Below, piece by piece: positions 33,140 through 44,708 of a stretch of DNA of 64,000 bases; position 1 is the first letter of the stretch, and every line of letters begins with the position of its first letter. A program made the position numbers and the translations under genes. The stretch comes from Hormiphora californensis (lineage: Eukaryota; Animalia; Ctenophora). The notes under the pieces are model-generated. The model searched no databases. It worked only from the letters and a program-made list of their open reading frames with translations, and was not told where the DNA came from. The stretch is taken from contig CM035360.1 in the NCBI GenBank assembly GCA_020137815.1, forward strand, positions 7,502,001-7,566,000. Direction: 5' to 3'.

Positions 33140-33364
33140 AAAGTCGGATTTTTTGAAACTGTCACCCCCCTGGGTATTTTCAAACTTCGTAAATGACCAT
33201 AAAACCAGTTCCTGACGAGATAGAGACTTGAAATTTGGAGGTTACGAAGATCTTGCTAAGTTCTTCCGAACCTCCAAATTTCAAGTCTCTATCTTATCAG
33301 GAACCGGAGATATGGCAAATTTTGTTATTTCAGGGGGGTGACAGTTTCAAAAAATCCGACTTTA
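33140..33364. mobile_element. Palindromic MITE
   Basis: AAAGTCGGATTTTTTGAAACTGTCACCCCC ... GGGGGTGACAGTTTCAAAAAATCCGACTTT, plus an inner inverted repeat GATAGAGACTTGAAATTTGGAGGTT. A short derivative lies at about 33586-33640. Confidence 0.85.
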
Positions 33365-33869
33365 GTTAATTGTCTCTCTGTATTATGTATATCGCAAGTT
33401 GGCCATTTGATAATAGCCAATGCGCGTCATTTATTTGCGCGCCACAACGTATGCGCGCGCCGCTCAGATCAGATAAAAAATATAATTTTAGAAAAGAGAA
33501 AAAAAAGATCTTTTTTCTGGTTTGAAAAGCGCTGCCTTATCCCGCGCTGCGCGTGGCGCCAGCAACGTTTGCCAATTTTCTGGTATAAAGTCGGTCCGAC
33601 TTAGTCGGATTTTGACAACTTCAAAAAATCCGACTTTAGCCGATTTCGGACATCTCTGGACAAGTCACAAGGGGGAAAGGGGTTGACGCAATTCGGACTG
33701 TCCCAGGGTTTGAAGAAAAATTTTACTGATTTTACTAGATATAGGTACGTAGGTAGACGAAACTTGGACAGGGGGTCTGGCAGATTCGGATACAGGCCCG
33801 GACAGGGGGAGGGGGTAAAAAATGACCAAAAATCTCGGACGTCCTTTTTCTATCGTCCCTTATGCTCTT

Positions 33870-36730
33870 GATAGAGAGACGATGAAATCATTGCATAATA
33901 ACCAGTTATGACTAATGACATAACCATTCACTTTCTCTCGCAAAATAACTATACGTCTCTCGCAAAATAACTATAGAGACTAATGATAAACATACGAGTG
34001 GTCTCCTCATACAGTGCATATAGTGCATATTAAATTACATGGCTATATTAGCAGTTTCTTTGAAGAGCGCAGTGAGATTGTTGTTAATGAATTGTGAGAT
34101 TTCTCTCTGAGGAATGTAGGCTTCTCACTTCTCTATGTGGCCTGTTATAACCCTTCCAGCTGGTCGCAAAGTTAGGAGACGATTTAATATAATAACCAGT
34201 TATGACATAATAATAGGAGCGCTTAGAATTAAGAATTTAGATCATGCACGTGCAAAAGTCGGGCACCTCCCGAAGTTTAGGTTACTGTCACTCCTTTGCT
34301 TTGCATCGAATCAAAAAATGACCCTCAAGTTTTTTGAAGATCTCGACAAGATCTTTCGAAAACTTGCGGGTCATTTTTATAACCTGCCCCATTCACTTTC
34401 TCTCGCAAAATAACTATAGGTCAAGACTAATGATACAAGTGGTCTCCTCATATATAGTGCGTATTAAATTACATGGTTATATTCTACTAGCCTAGTTTCT
34501 TTGAAGAGTGCAGAGAGATTGTTGTTAATAAGTTGTGTGTGTGTGTGTGTGTTTTGCACCGCCCGTCATTCCTCCCACTTTACTGCCCCACAATGGTCGG
34601 CAGACAACCTATATTAATATCACTCTTCGCCACCGTCCCCCACACGTAGGGATAATGTTGATGTTGTTCCGGTTTGGGTCCTGGTATTTTGTTGAGCAAG
34701 CTCAACATTTCCCTCGCCTTCGCCGGCATCACAAGAAGAGTATTTGATACAGTGAATCTAATATTAGACTGACATACCTATATTGTCAGGACAATGGATG
34801 GAATTTACCTGTCTCACAGACTGGTATTTGGTTACTACTGCTCCAGGGAGCTGTAGAGGTAGGTGGGTTGCCGGATATGACAATACCGTGGGTTCAGCAT
34901 CTAATCGGTGACGGCTGAAATATCTTATCACACCTCAGGTCTTTGGTCAAAACCGCTAGCAGTACTTATCAGCATGCAACCTGGGGGTCCGGACAGCTAA
35001 TTTCTTAGCAAGCACAGATAAGCATGAAAAACGCTTATGTAAACTTCTGGTGAGCATTTGGCAAATTATCAGCTCCCAGGGGTTGCACTATTGCGGGGTA
35101 ATTACTTGCCATACGGCGGAGGTGGCCCTTTGTTATGGCCCAGAACTGCCCTACCTTAATAGTGGGACCCTTATGATGTGGTTTTGTGGAATTCCCCGGC
35201 CGTAGCGATTCTTGCCCTGTGGTTTGCTACTTCTTTCAGATCGGGATGGTTGGGGATGGTTTATTCGAATAGGTTACTTCTGTATACTAGTTTGGAGAAT
35301 TTGTGCAGATCCAGTGTGTTGCTGGGAGTGAGAATGTTGTTGATGATATCTTGGTAGTCGAGCTTGTATCGTAGCTCATCTAGGTCGGGGCAGTGGAGGA
35401 GCTGCAAAGGTAGTATGTGGCAAAAATTTGGGCAGAGGTTCCCCAGGGGAATAACCCCTATTTTTGCGAGAGAAGGTAACCTCCGTCCGACCAATATGGG
35501 ATGTTGGACAGGAGGGCTGTTTTAAAGGCTACAGCTGCCGGGTGATTACAAATCATGGGTTGCCATAATTGAGGGAGGCTAGTTCTCTGGCGTAGAATTT
35601 ACCCCCATAATTAAATGGGAGACAGCCGAAGGGTCATCAGGCATGCCTAGTAGGCAGAGGCCCTCGGTGATTACAAATCATGGGTTGCCATGTGTAACAA
35701 GGTTACTGGCTGGGGTGAGATTATCAGTTCAACCGGGATCCTCACTAAGACTCAGCCCGACGACCGACCGACAAACGATCGATCAACGACTGATATCAAT
35801 CGTCAACCAACCGCTCATCAATCGACCGCCGAACCAAATCCCAGCAGGGACCAGCCGCACTGCAAGAGCTCGGTGCCATAGTTGAGTTCGGCAAGGTCTC
35901 TGGCAAAGTTTACTCCCCAAGATTGGGGAGAGAGCCGGTGTGATTTGACCGTAATCACTGGACCATCAGCCAACCAGGTCCACGGCAACGGGACTGAGCT
36001 CGAAGAACTCAGCTGGCACGAAGAACCTGAGTTCCCCCCGCTGTTAATAAGTTGTGAGATTTCTCTCTGAGGAACGTGGACTTATCACTCCTCTATGTGG
36101 CCTGTTATAACCCTTGCAGCTGTTCGCAAAGTTAAATAAGTTAGGAATGTGTTTCATCGTGGGGGCATTGGAAAACCTATCCGAGGATCTTATCCGATGA
36201 TCTTATCTGGAACCGTAGTTGTGGCTTGGTATCGAAGACACCTCACACTCTCAGGCCGCTTTGCGGCCTTCGTTTGGTGCGCTTCACGCGCCGGCAACTG
36301 GCAAGGGAGGGGTAACTTCGTTACCAAAGTTGTGGCCATTTAAAATATGCTATCTACTATCTAGCTTTTGATTTAAAAATTGATGGAGGGCCATCAAGTC
36401 GTTTGTAATGGATGCATGCTCTTCATAGCGGTTTGTAGGATAAGAGACGATGAAATCATAATAACCAGTTATGACATAACCTGCACCATTCACTTTCTCT
36501 CGCAAAATAACTTTAGGTCCTAGAAAGACTAATGATATGTGGTCTCCTCGTATATAGTGCAATATTAAATTACATGGTTTCTTTGAAGAGCACAGGGAGA
36601 TTGTTGTTAATGAATTGTGAGATTTCTCTCTGAGGAGCGTAGGACTTCTCGCCTCTCTATGTGGCCTGTTATAACCCTTCCAGCTGTTCGAAAAGTTAAA
36701 TAAGTTAGGAATGTGTTTCGTCATTGGGGC
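33870..36730. repeat. Local family of about 290-bp diverged direct repeats (three copies)
   Basis: Blocks CATTCACTTTCTCTCGCAAAATAACT..GTGGTCTCCTC..TTTCTTTGAAGAG..TGTGAGATTTCTCTCTGAGGA..TATGTGGCCTGTTATAACCCTT at about 33870-34175, 34380-34537 joined to 36057-36170 (split by an insertion), and 36440-36730. Confidence 0.8.
34538..36041 (-). mobile_element. 1.5-kb non-autonomous non-LTR (LINE-derived) retroposon
   Basis: 15-bp TSD TGTTAATAAGTTGTG at 34523-34537 and 36042-36056. (CA)n 3' tail on the minus strand. Empty sites in the sibling repeats. Remnant ORF 35494-35261 (..HILPLQLLHCPDLDELR..) resembles a LINE ORF2 C-terminus. Confidence 0.75.
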
Positions 36731-37261
36731 TTTCGAGGGAATATATTCCTGTGTACACCTGATCGATTTAAAAGGCGAATCTGATTTGGAGAGGCTTTTT
36801 GTCACTTCCCCACATCGAATAGGCTTTTTTTTTTTCCTGTGGCTGATATCTCCCTATTTCAAGATAAATATCGTGTTCTCTACTGTTCTTATCTCAAGAT
36901 AAATTCACAATATTGGCACTGGGTCGGACAAATAACATGTAAGCTTGTCACGTGTATTCCAGTCATACCACCACATCTAATTGTAAAACATGCTCTTCTT
37001 ATTTCCCTTCATTGTTTTAAGTGTGCTCTCCACGTACACAGCCATTGTAAAGACGAACGACATTTTATTTGTACGTCGGAACTTTGCTTTAGCTCTAACT
37101 TCTTTTTTCTCAACTCAACAAAAAATCATTTTACTTTTCTGGTAAATGGCAATATGCGATAGTTTTAATAAATTCAATTCTATAAAACAAAATGTAGTCA
37201 ACCAATCCTTGGTCTCTAATTTGTAACTGATTAAACCTAGCGATACAAAGTCTCCGGTGGA

Positions 37262-39523
37262 ATGATAACGTTCGAAAGCGGTAGTGCCTCCCAGCTGGTG
37301 GTATGGCTGATAATATTCGGAAGTGTGGCTGTCCTAGCGAACGGTCTACTGTTCGGGCTGATGTGGCGGCGTGCTGGGGCCAGGTAGGAGCCACTACATA
37401 ATAATACTCCATCATATAATACGAATACTTAGATAAAAAGAATTATAGTCATTCTCTCCAGTTGTGTCCGTGCAATACCAGGCCAATCCCCTGGCGTTAC
37501 AGAATGTAGTCTTCGATCTGTTTCCTTGACACTACATTTTATAGGTCGCTTCTCTACCGTACTCTAATTCTATTTGATGGGCTCTACGGACTGGCATGTC
37601 TTTTTGTTGTGATGCTGTTCTACGGACCTTTATCGGTATGTACATTGTCATAATATAGCTGTGTAGAGTTTACTGCAGTCCCTCAATTAAATATCACTTC
37701 ATCAGGACTGTAACACGATTGCCTACAACCGCACTTCCCACGAAGTTGCAAGCCCGGCAGAAGCAGTTATTACGGATGAGATGATGGGTGCTGGTTGCAC
37801 GGTGGCCGGTGGAACCCTTCCTCTGGACATTGCTGCCTTCTTTGTTACTCTTACCTCACGAGTAAGTTAACCCCCCCCCCCCATCCCCCTTTAAGAGTAA
37901 GTAAGCCCCCACACCCCCCCAGTCCCCGTACAGGACATAACATTGTGACTTCCAGGTGCCCAGTGCAGTGTTGATGGCTCTCACAGTGACATGGCTTTAC
38001 AAGATGGTGGTAGGGAAGCCTTGCAGAATGCTGGCTGTTCTCCCAGTCATTATTTGGACAGGTCAGTGAATTCCCAGAGCTCTGAGTTAACAAACTATCA
38101 CGGGACATGTTAAAACACCGCCCAATATTTCAGTAATTTGGTGCCTGATGGCTTTGGCGTCTCTTGGAACGGTCTTACACTTTGAAGTCACTTACTATTA
38201 TGACAATAAAACGGGGGGAAACAAGGAAGAATTTGCCAGAAGAGACAGTCTCTACAGAATTCTCACCAACAATCCTCTACCACTTGGAGCTTTCTGTATG
38301 TATCTATATTCTACTATCTACATTATATATGTACTGTGTGAGACAAACATTACTAGTGTACCACGTCTCCTGTACATATATCTCCTATATTATATATATC
38401 AATTAGCTACTCCACTGTAAAACTATTGGAACTTGTATAACCAGTGCCTAGAAACCCACATTGCCTTCAGACAATGCGGAATTACTGATGTCAGAATATC
38501 TTCTAACTCTTGTGTTCTCGTTCCAAATACCACTCTTGTTGGCGTCTATTGGAGGGATCTCCGCTGCAGTACTTGGGTTTATCAGGAAAGATACCATCAA
38601 AAAAGGAAGTTGTGTTATTCATATTGCTGTTATGACTACATTCAGCTTGGTGGTGAGTGTATATCAATGTTTTACTGTAGAGCAGGGGAGGCTGCCAATG
38701 GTCCATTCTTGAGGCACTCTCAAACTGATATACTTGTCCACAGATGTCCGCCCCGATGTTTATATACATTGCTAGTGGGTGGAGCAAAGTTCAACCTGAC
38801 AAGGAATATAATCCTGATACTTATCTGGTAAGTAGTTAGGGAGGCTTGAAACTAGGCCCCAATGGGAAATTCAATGCCACCAGCCAATTTCTTAACAAGT
38901 GTACTCCTTCTAGTGCCTGGACTAAATTGTATATGGTCATTTTTTTTTTAACTTGTGCAACTACCAAAGTTTTTCAAATGATCATAGCAAAATAGCTGTG
39001 GCCACTGGAAATTTACTCAGCACCTCAAAAAATCGAGAAATATCGAAAGTTTAATTTAGTGAAAGAACGAAGTCTCTAGCTTACTCCAGTGAGGTGCTAT
39101 ATCATTTCTACGCCGTGAGGTGCTATCGTGAGGTGCCCCCGATTTGTAGAAATACCGTTTGATCAAACCAAACTTTCAGAAATGGTGGGGATATTTCTCA
39201 CTCATCAGATGAGGTGAAAACCATATATCGTATTAGTGGAAGTCCAAATATTTCCCGCTAACTCAAGCTTAAAGTTTCCAATTCAAACCACCTCACAACT
39301 AGATTGTGTATATTCCCACTTGCAGGTATTTGTGTACACAGTGTTGTTACCTCTTGTTGCTGGAGCTGTAAGAGCCGTCATCCAACTGTCATGTAAGACC
39401 TGGCAGAAAGGCCAGTGCCAGGACCAGCAGAAACGAGGGTTTGCCCACTGTGGTTCCAACAAACAAGCAGGAATAACCATTGAAAATGAAAACGGCATGG
39501 GAATGTCCGAAGTTGATTCTTAG
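37262..39523 (+). CDS. Highly divergent 7TM rhodopsin-like receptor, 8 exons, about 366 aa
   Basis: Phase-consistent exons 37262-37383, 37545-37635, 37706-37861, 37956-38061, 38134-38295, 38471-38652, 38744-38827, 39326-39523 (1101 nt). TM1 ..GSVAVLANGLL, TM2 ..LILFDGLYG, TM3 GC..., TM4 ..IIWTVIW, TM5 FSFQIPLLL, TM6 ..MSAPMFI, TM7 VFVYTVLLPLVAGAV. Confidence 0.8.
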
Positions 39524-40465
39524 ATCACAGTCCGAATAACATGGTGATTAGTGGATAAGCCCTAAAGAAACGAGAAAAGCGGTGTATTTCCAACGCAGCC
39601 GAGATGAAAAGCTCTATCTTATCAGGAATCGGAGATAATGAAATATGAACACTTATATGTTCTGTATGAGTTGGTGTATTTATAGGCATTTTAGATTTTA
39701 GACATTTTAGATTTTAGAATACTACATAATAAGTATTTATCATCAAAGATGCCCTGATTGCTCTGAAAACAACAAATATTTTAAATCAAATATGATTGTG
39801 TACAGTGTTTAGTATATATCAAATGTAGCTATTATTATTATTATCGCTATTTTTTTAAAAATACTAAAAAAAGGTACTGCCAGATTTCTCCATACATCTC
39901 CATATATCCGCACTGCTTATGCAGGAAATACGTAGAGAATACGTAAATAATATACAGCAATTACGCTTTGTTTCCAGAGTGACGAGTCACATATAATTGG
40001 TATTGCAGGTTCGCTGCGTATTAATTGGGTATTTCTGATTTTCTGCATATTCCTGCGTAAACGCTGTGGATTTAATTATGGAGAAATTGGCCCGAAATCG
40101 GGTGGTACAAAAAAATGAAGTGTGTTTTCTTGTTGTTGCTTTGAAAAAAAAAGTGAACAAATTTTCCTCACGCTCGTTTTTTAAGAGACTCCAGGGTGCA
40201 ATTTTTAATTTAAATGCAGCGGTCCCGAACTCTATCTGGCGGCGCCAGACAACCCGAACTCGGCCATGGTACAATAAACACTCAATAACAAAAACCCTAA
40301 CAGATGACACAAAGCTTATGAAAGGAATAGAATCAGGCTTCAGACAGACCTGATTGAGGTCGATCGATGGTTGATTGAACTCAATAAAACAATGTCGACT
40401 AATCTATATTGTCCATTATGTTGGCTTGCCTTGTTTAAACTCTCTCTCCCCTATCTCTCTCTCCC

Positions 40466-40556
<91 letters not shown>

Positions 40557-40655
40557 GTACGCGGGGATGGCTATATAAGACGAACAGTGCAGATTGACCC
40601 ATAAATTATTGAAAATTGCATTTAATTTTACAATAATTTGGATACATCACTAGCT

Positions 40656-42464
40656 ATGGCCCAGCACAAGGCTTTGGTACAGGCGAGTAACGGGGATCCC
40701 TCTCATAAGATATGTATATTCGGGCCCCAGTACTGCTACCCACATCAGTTCCAGCTACTTCTAAAGGAGAAGTTCTTTAAGCTCCGTGATGATTGTTTCA
40801 AGATCCAGGACACTGCCGGAAACACTTTCTTCCAGGTATGGGACTGAGGGCCGGGAGAATCGGGCCAACCAACTTAGGGGCTGTCAGGCCAATGCTCTGA
40901 CCACAGTTCTCGCAGAGAAATGAAAATAGGGTCAGGCCAATGCTCTGACAGCTTTGGGGGTTCCTGGTGGGTCTTGTTATCTTGCGATGGTGGTTGTGGT
41001 GGTTGTGGTATTTGTGAACATGTGTATCTTACTGGGATAGCATATAGGCTGGGAAGCTACCACGCCACATTCTATACACGTGTCTGTGTTCCCATCCTTA
41101 TATTTTGTGAAATGGTCTCTCTCCCAGGTTTCAAACCCGTGGGCCTCGCTGAGATCTAAACACGTGCTGAAGGATGTGTATGGAAATGACATCTGCAAGA
41201 TAAAAAAGAAACTTTGGGCTTTTAGGTGCGTTATAACCTCCTCCAAAAACCACCCCAACCGAACCCCCAATATCAGTCAACCAACTGTAATTTGCTGCGG
41301 GGCGTCATTAAAAACCATACTCTTTGCAGGTACACTTGGCACATGTTGGCTGGTGAAAACATGGAGGAGAGGAGGGTTACCATTGCCTTCAGACACTTTG
41401 CTCTCCATAAGAAGTGCTATGTCTATGTGTACGAGCCTCCCTTTCCTCACGAGGACGATCCAACTGAAACTGGGTAGGTATTGTATTATAACTGAAACTG
41501 GGTAGGTATTGTATTGTAACTGAAACTGGGTAGGTATTGTATTGTAACTGAAACTGGGTAGGTATTGTATTGTTACTGAAACTGGGTAGGTATTGTATTG
41601 TTACTGAAACTGGGTAGGTATTGTATTGTTACTGAAACTGGGTAGGTATTGTATTGTAACTGAAACTGGGTAGGTATTATATTGTTACTGAAACTGGGTA
41701 GGTATTATAACTGAAACTGGGTAGGTATTGTATTGTAACTGAAACTGGGTAGGTATTGTATTGTAACTGAAACTGGGTAGGTATTGTATTGTAACTGAAA
41801 CTGGGTAGGTATTGTATTGTAACTGAAACTGGGTAGGTATTGTATTGTAACTGAAACTGGGTAGGTATTGTATTGTTACTGAAACTGGGTAGGTATTGTA
41901 TTGTAACTGAAACTGGGTAAATTATACTACTAGGGGGTAAATAGATATTGCAATATCAATATCAATATATTGATATCTACGGTTACAGTTTGGTATAGTA
42001 ATACGCACTCTCTATAAAGTATTTGCACAATTACGATGTTTCTTACAGATCATTTGTTGTTTACACATCTACACCGGGATGGAATGGTTGCAGATGTCTC
42101 CCTCTATTATACCTCTTACTCATTCTTTCTTAGAAACGAAGATAGGCTTCTTCTTTTCAACTCTCGCTCCCTTCCAGGCTAAGCACCTGCATCACCTAAC
42201 CCCATCTCCCTCTCCCCCAGACACATGGCGCCCCTACTAATGATGAAATCCTCTGTCTTTGGGTTTGATATCAAGATCTATGACGGACAGAATCAAGACG
42301 TTCTATATGCCCACATGAGCAAGGACGCTTTCAGGGACATTCTCCTGTCGCACGGTGATGACAGCTACTGTCTTACTATCGAACCTGGAGTGGATGTCGC
42401 ATTCATGACAGCTCTGGCTCTCATGTGGGATTACGCTATCTCTGATATGCAGAAAAATAACTAG
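40656..42464 (+). CDS. LURP-one-related (Tubby C-terminal-like / scramblase-fold) protein, about 221 aa
   Basis: Exons 40656-40835, 41128-41225, 41330-41473, 42221-42464 (666 nt). Motifs IFGPQYC..LLLKEKFFKLRDDCFKIQDTAGNTFFQV, LKDVYGNDICKIKKKL, DSYCLTIEPGVDVAFMTALAL. Confidence 0.88.
40881..40951. mobile_element. 71-bp mini-element (family of 23588-23666)
   Basis: CTGTCAGGCCAATGCTCTGACC...GGTCAGGCCAATGCTCTGACAG; flanks CTTAGGGG / CTTTGGGG (7/8 TSD). Confidence 0.75.
41462..41920 (+). repeat. 28-bp minisatellite made of exon end plus 5' splice site, about 16 copies
   Basis: Unit AACTGAAACTGG|GTAGGTATTGTATTGT; the first copy is the real end of LURP exon 3 and its donor. Confidence 0.95.
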
Positions 42465-43599
42465 AACGGCTTGTTGAGTAACAAAGAACGGCGGGGTACC
42501 CGGTTTCTCAGTGACAGATATGACGTAGAGTTGAGATAATCTCCTGGTAATATCTCTCTTAGGAGAATTTTCTGAGCTTCATAAAATGTTTAAGCTATCG
42601 GGTTACAGAGCATGAGAGGACTTTTGTATTTGATGGTAACTGAGTGTTTTCGTATATTCTTGTATATTCTTAGCAGTAGATTGTACTATTACTACTATAA
42701 AACATATCATAAGATAAAAAACAGTAGCAGAGACTTAAATAACAACATTATGACTTGATTAAAACAAACAATTAACACATTTGTGAACGGAGGTGTAAAA
42801 CGGTGTAATAAAAACTGTTACTTATATCTGTGTTATAAAGTCTGTATTTTCTCTATCTTTAGCTAAAATTATTGGTTTTCTGTTCCTATCATGATAATTT
42901 TTGTGAGTCCCCATCCCCCTTCACATTCCATTTAGTGGCTGCATTATATAATATGATGTATATGGATAGGACCATGGTGGATCATAGGAAAGGCTGTGCT
43001 ATGGAGTGTATCTGTGGAGAGAAAAGGCTGTGTTTAGTTGCAAGACAATGCTTCACATGGAACATCACAAGCACAGCTATGAAGGGATCATGAACCGCTA
43101 CTGCTGCAGTACGTGATGACCTGCTCAAGGTAAACATTGTATAGAGTACAGCTCATGAGATCATTGCATCTGGTTATTTAACAGTAGTCAGTAACGCGCC
43201 GCGACATTGCCGTAGCTTTGTCCGCGCCACCTCACATTGTAACTCAGTGCGCGCGCACTGTAAATAAAGGTTCTCGGACAACCGCAAACCGGCCAAATTG
43301 GCCACCAATTATGCCAATTAATTCACATTGCGTGTACAAAACTATAATATCTGGACTATCCCGGTTTAAAAATATCCCCACGGTTTATGAAACTATTTTA
43401 TGATATCTGACTATTAAAACGAGTCTGTTTTTGAAACACAAATTAGAGAGAACAAACATACAATGAAGACTGATATCACACGAGTAATGCTCTCTTTATA
43501 TCTCATTAAGCTATAATGAGGCATGTCTGTGTATCTAATCCAGCCTGAAGGAGAGAACACAATTAAATCTATCCTCACGATCAATATTATTCTCCAAAG

Positions 43600-44033
43600 G
43601 GGGGAGACACACTGAAGTTGGGCGCACTCGTTCAAATCTCAACCTCGCGACACACAGTTCGAAGTTTCGCGAAACCCCATTTTTGGCTGAGAAATCATTT
43701 GTAAGAGGCTAACTTATTTACTGGTACATCTCTCGAGGTGTTCTTTATCCATACTGAGTCAATTTCACCGTTTTTGAAATTTTTGGCTAATCCGGTCACA
43801 GTTGTCCCAGTTCACCAAAAATTTCAAAAATGGTGAAATTGACCCGGTATTGATAGAGGACACCTCGAGAGATGTACCAGTAAATAAACTAGCATCTTAC
43901 AAATGATTTCTCAGCCGAAAATGGGTTTTCGCAAAACTTTGAACTTTTCCGCGAAACTTCGAACTTCGAACTTCAGTGTGTGTCGCGAGGTTGAGAGTTG
44001 AACGCGCGCGACCAACTTCAGTGTGTCTCCCCC
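43600..44033. mobile_element. Foldback-type MITE with about 190-bp inverted arms
   Basis: GGGGAGACACACTGAAGTTGG..CTCAACCTCGCGACACAC..TACTGGTACATCTCTCGAGGTG.. mirrored by ..CACCTCGAGAGATGTACCAGTA..GTGTGTCGCGAGGTTGAG..CCAACTTCAGTGTGTCTCCCC. Confidence 0.9.
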
Positions 44034-44589
44034 TATAGACTGTTCATATATAAATTTAGAAATTAATAATAAAGCTAATATCAAATCATCAACATTGTAT
44101 ACCAAATGTAAAGCTAGTTTGTCATGTTACTAGAAGTCTACTATCTAGTCTCTCTCAAGTCCCATCACAGTTCAACAATCTCTAATAACTTCACCCTCAC
44201 TTCACCCTCACGCTGCTAGCAGTTCTCTATCCATATATTCATCTTCATCGTGTAACAGAGTTTCTCAACAAGGTAATGGCGGGTAGTAGGAATATATACA
44301 GGGGGATCTTCCTGTGGTGTAGAGGTCCCCAGTTAGTGCCACACACTTCCACCAAACGCATTTAGAGAGGTCGCCAGGGGGCCACTGAAAAGGGAAAAGG
44401 GGTTTACACACTATGTAGAATCAGAGCTATTTCTCTTTCTCTATCTGAGATAGTATGTCTCTCACTCTCCCTCTTTTTCTTTCCCTATCTATCTATCTAT
44501 CTTTCTCTCGTGCCCTACTACTGCAGCTGCAGCAGGTGAACTTGGATCCCCAGCAGCACACGCCGCACTACTTGTGTGGTTGCAGGGTG

Positions 44590-44635
44590 CTAACAGATCT
44601 TTGAACGTGATGAAGTGAGCCTGTACCCCCTCACG

Positions 44636-44708
<73 letters not shown>

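Noticed and set aside
34556-34570. CACCGCCCGTC match to the conserved SSU rRNA 3' region
   Set aside because: Only 11 nt match, the flanks do not resemble rRNA, and it lies at a retroposon tail.
35620-35650. Possible hammerhead ribozyme core (CTGATGA on the minus strand)
   Set aside because: No stem II followed by GAAA and no closing stems were found.
41462-41920. CRISPR-like array (also 57037-57570 and 12360-12771)
   Set aside because: Head-to-tail units with no unique spacers, no cas genes, and a eukaryotic context.
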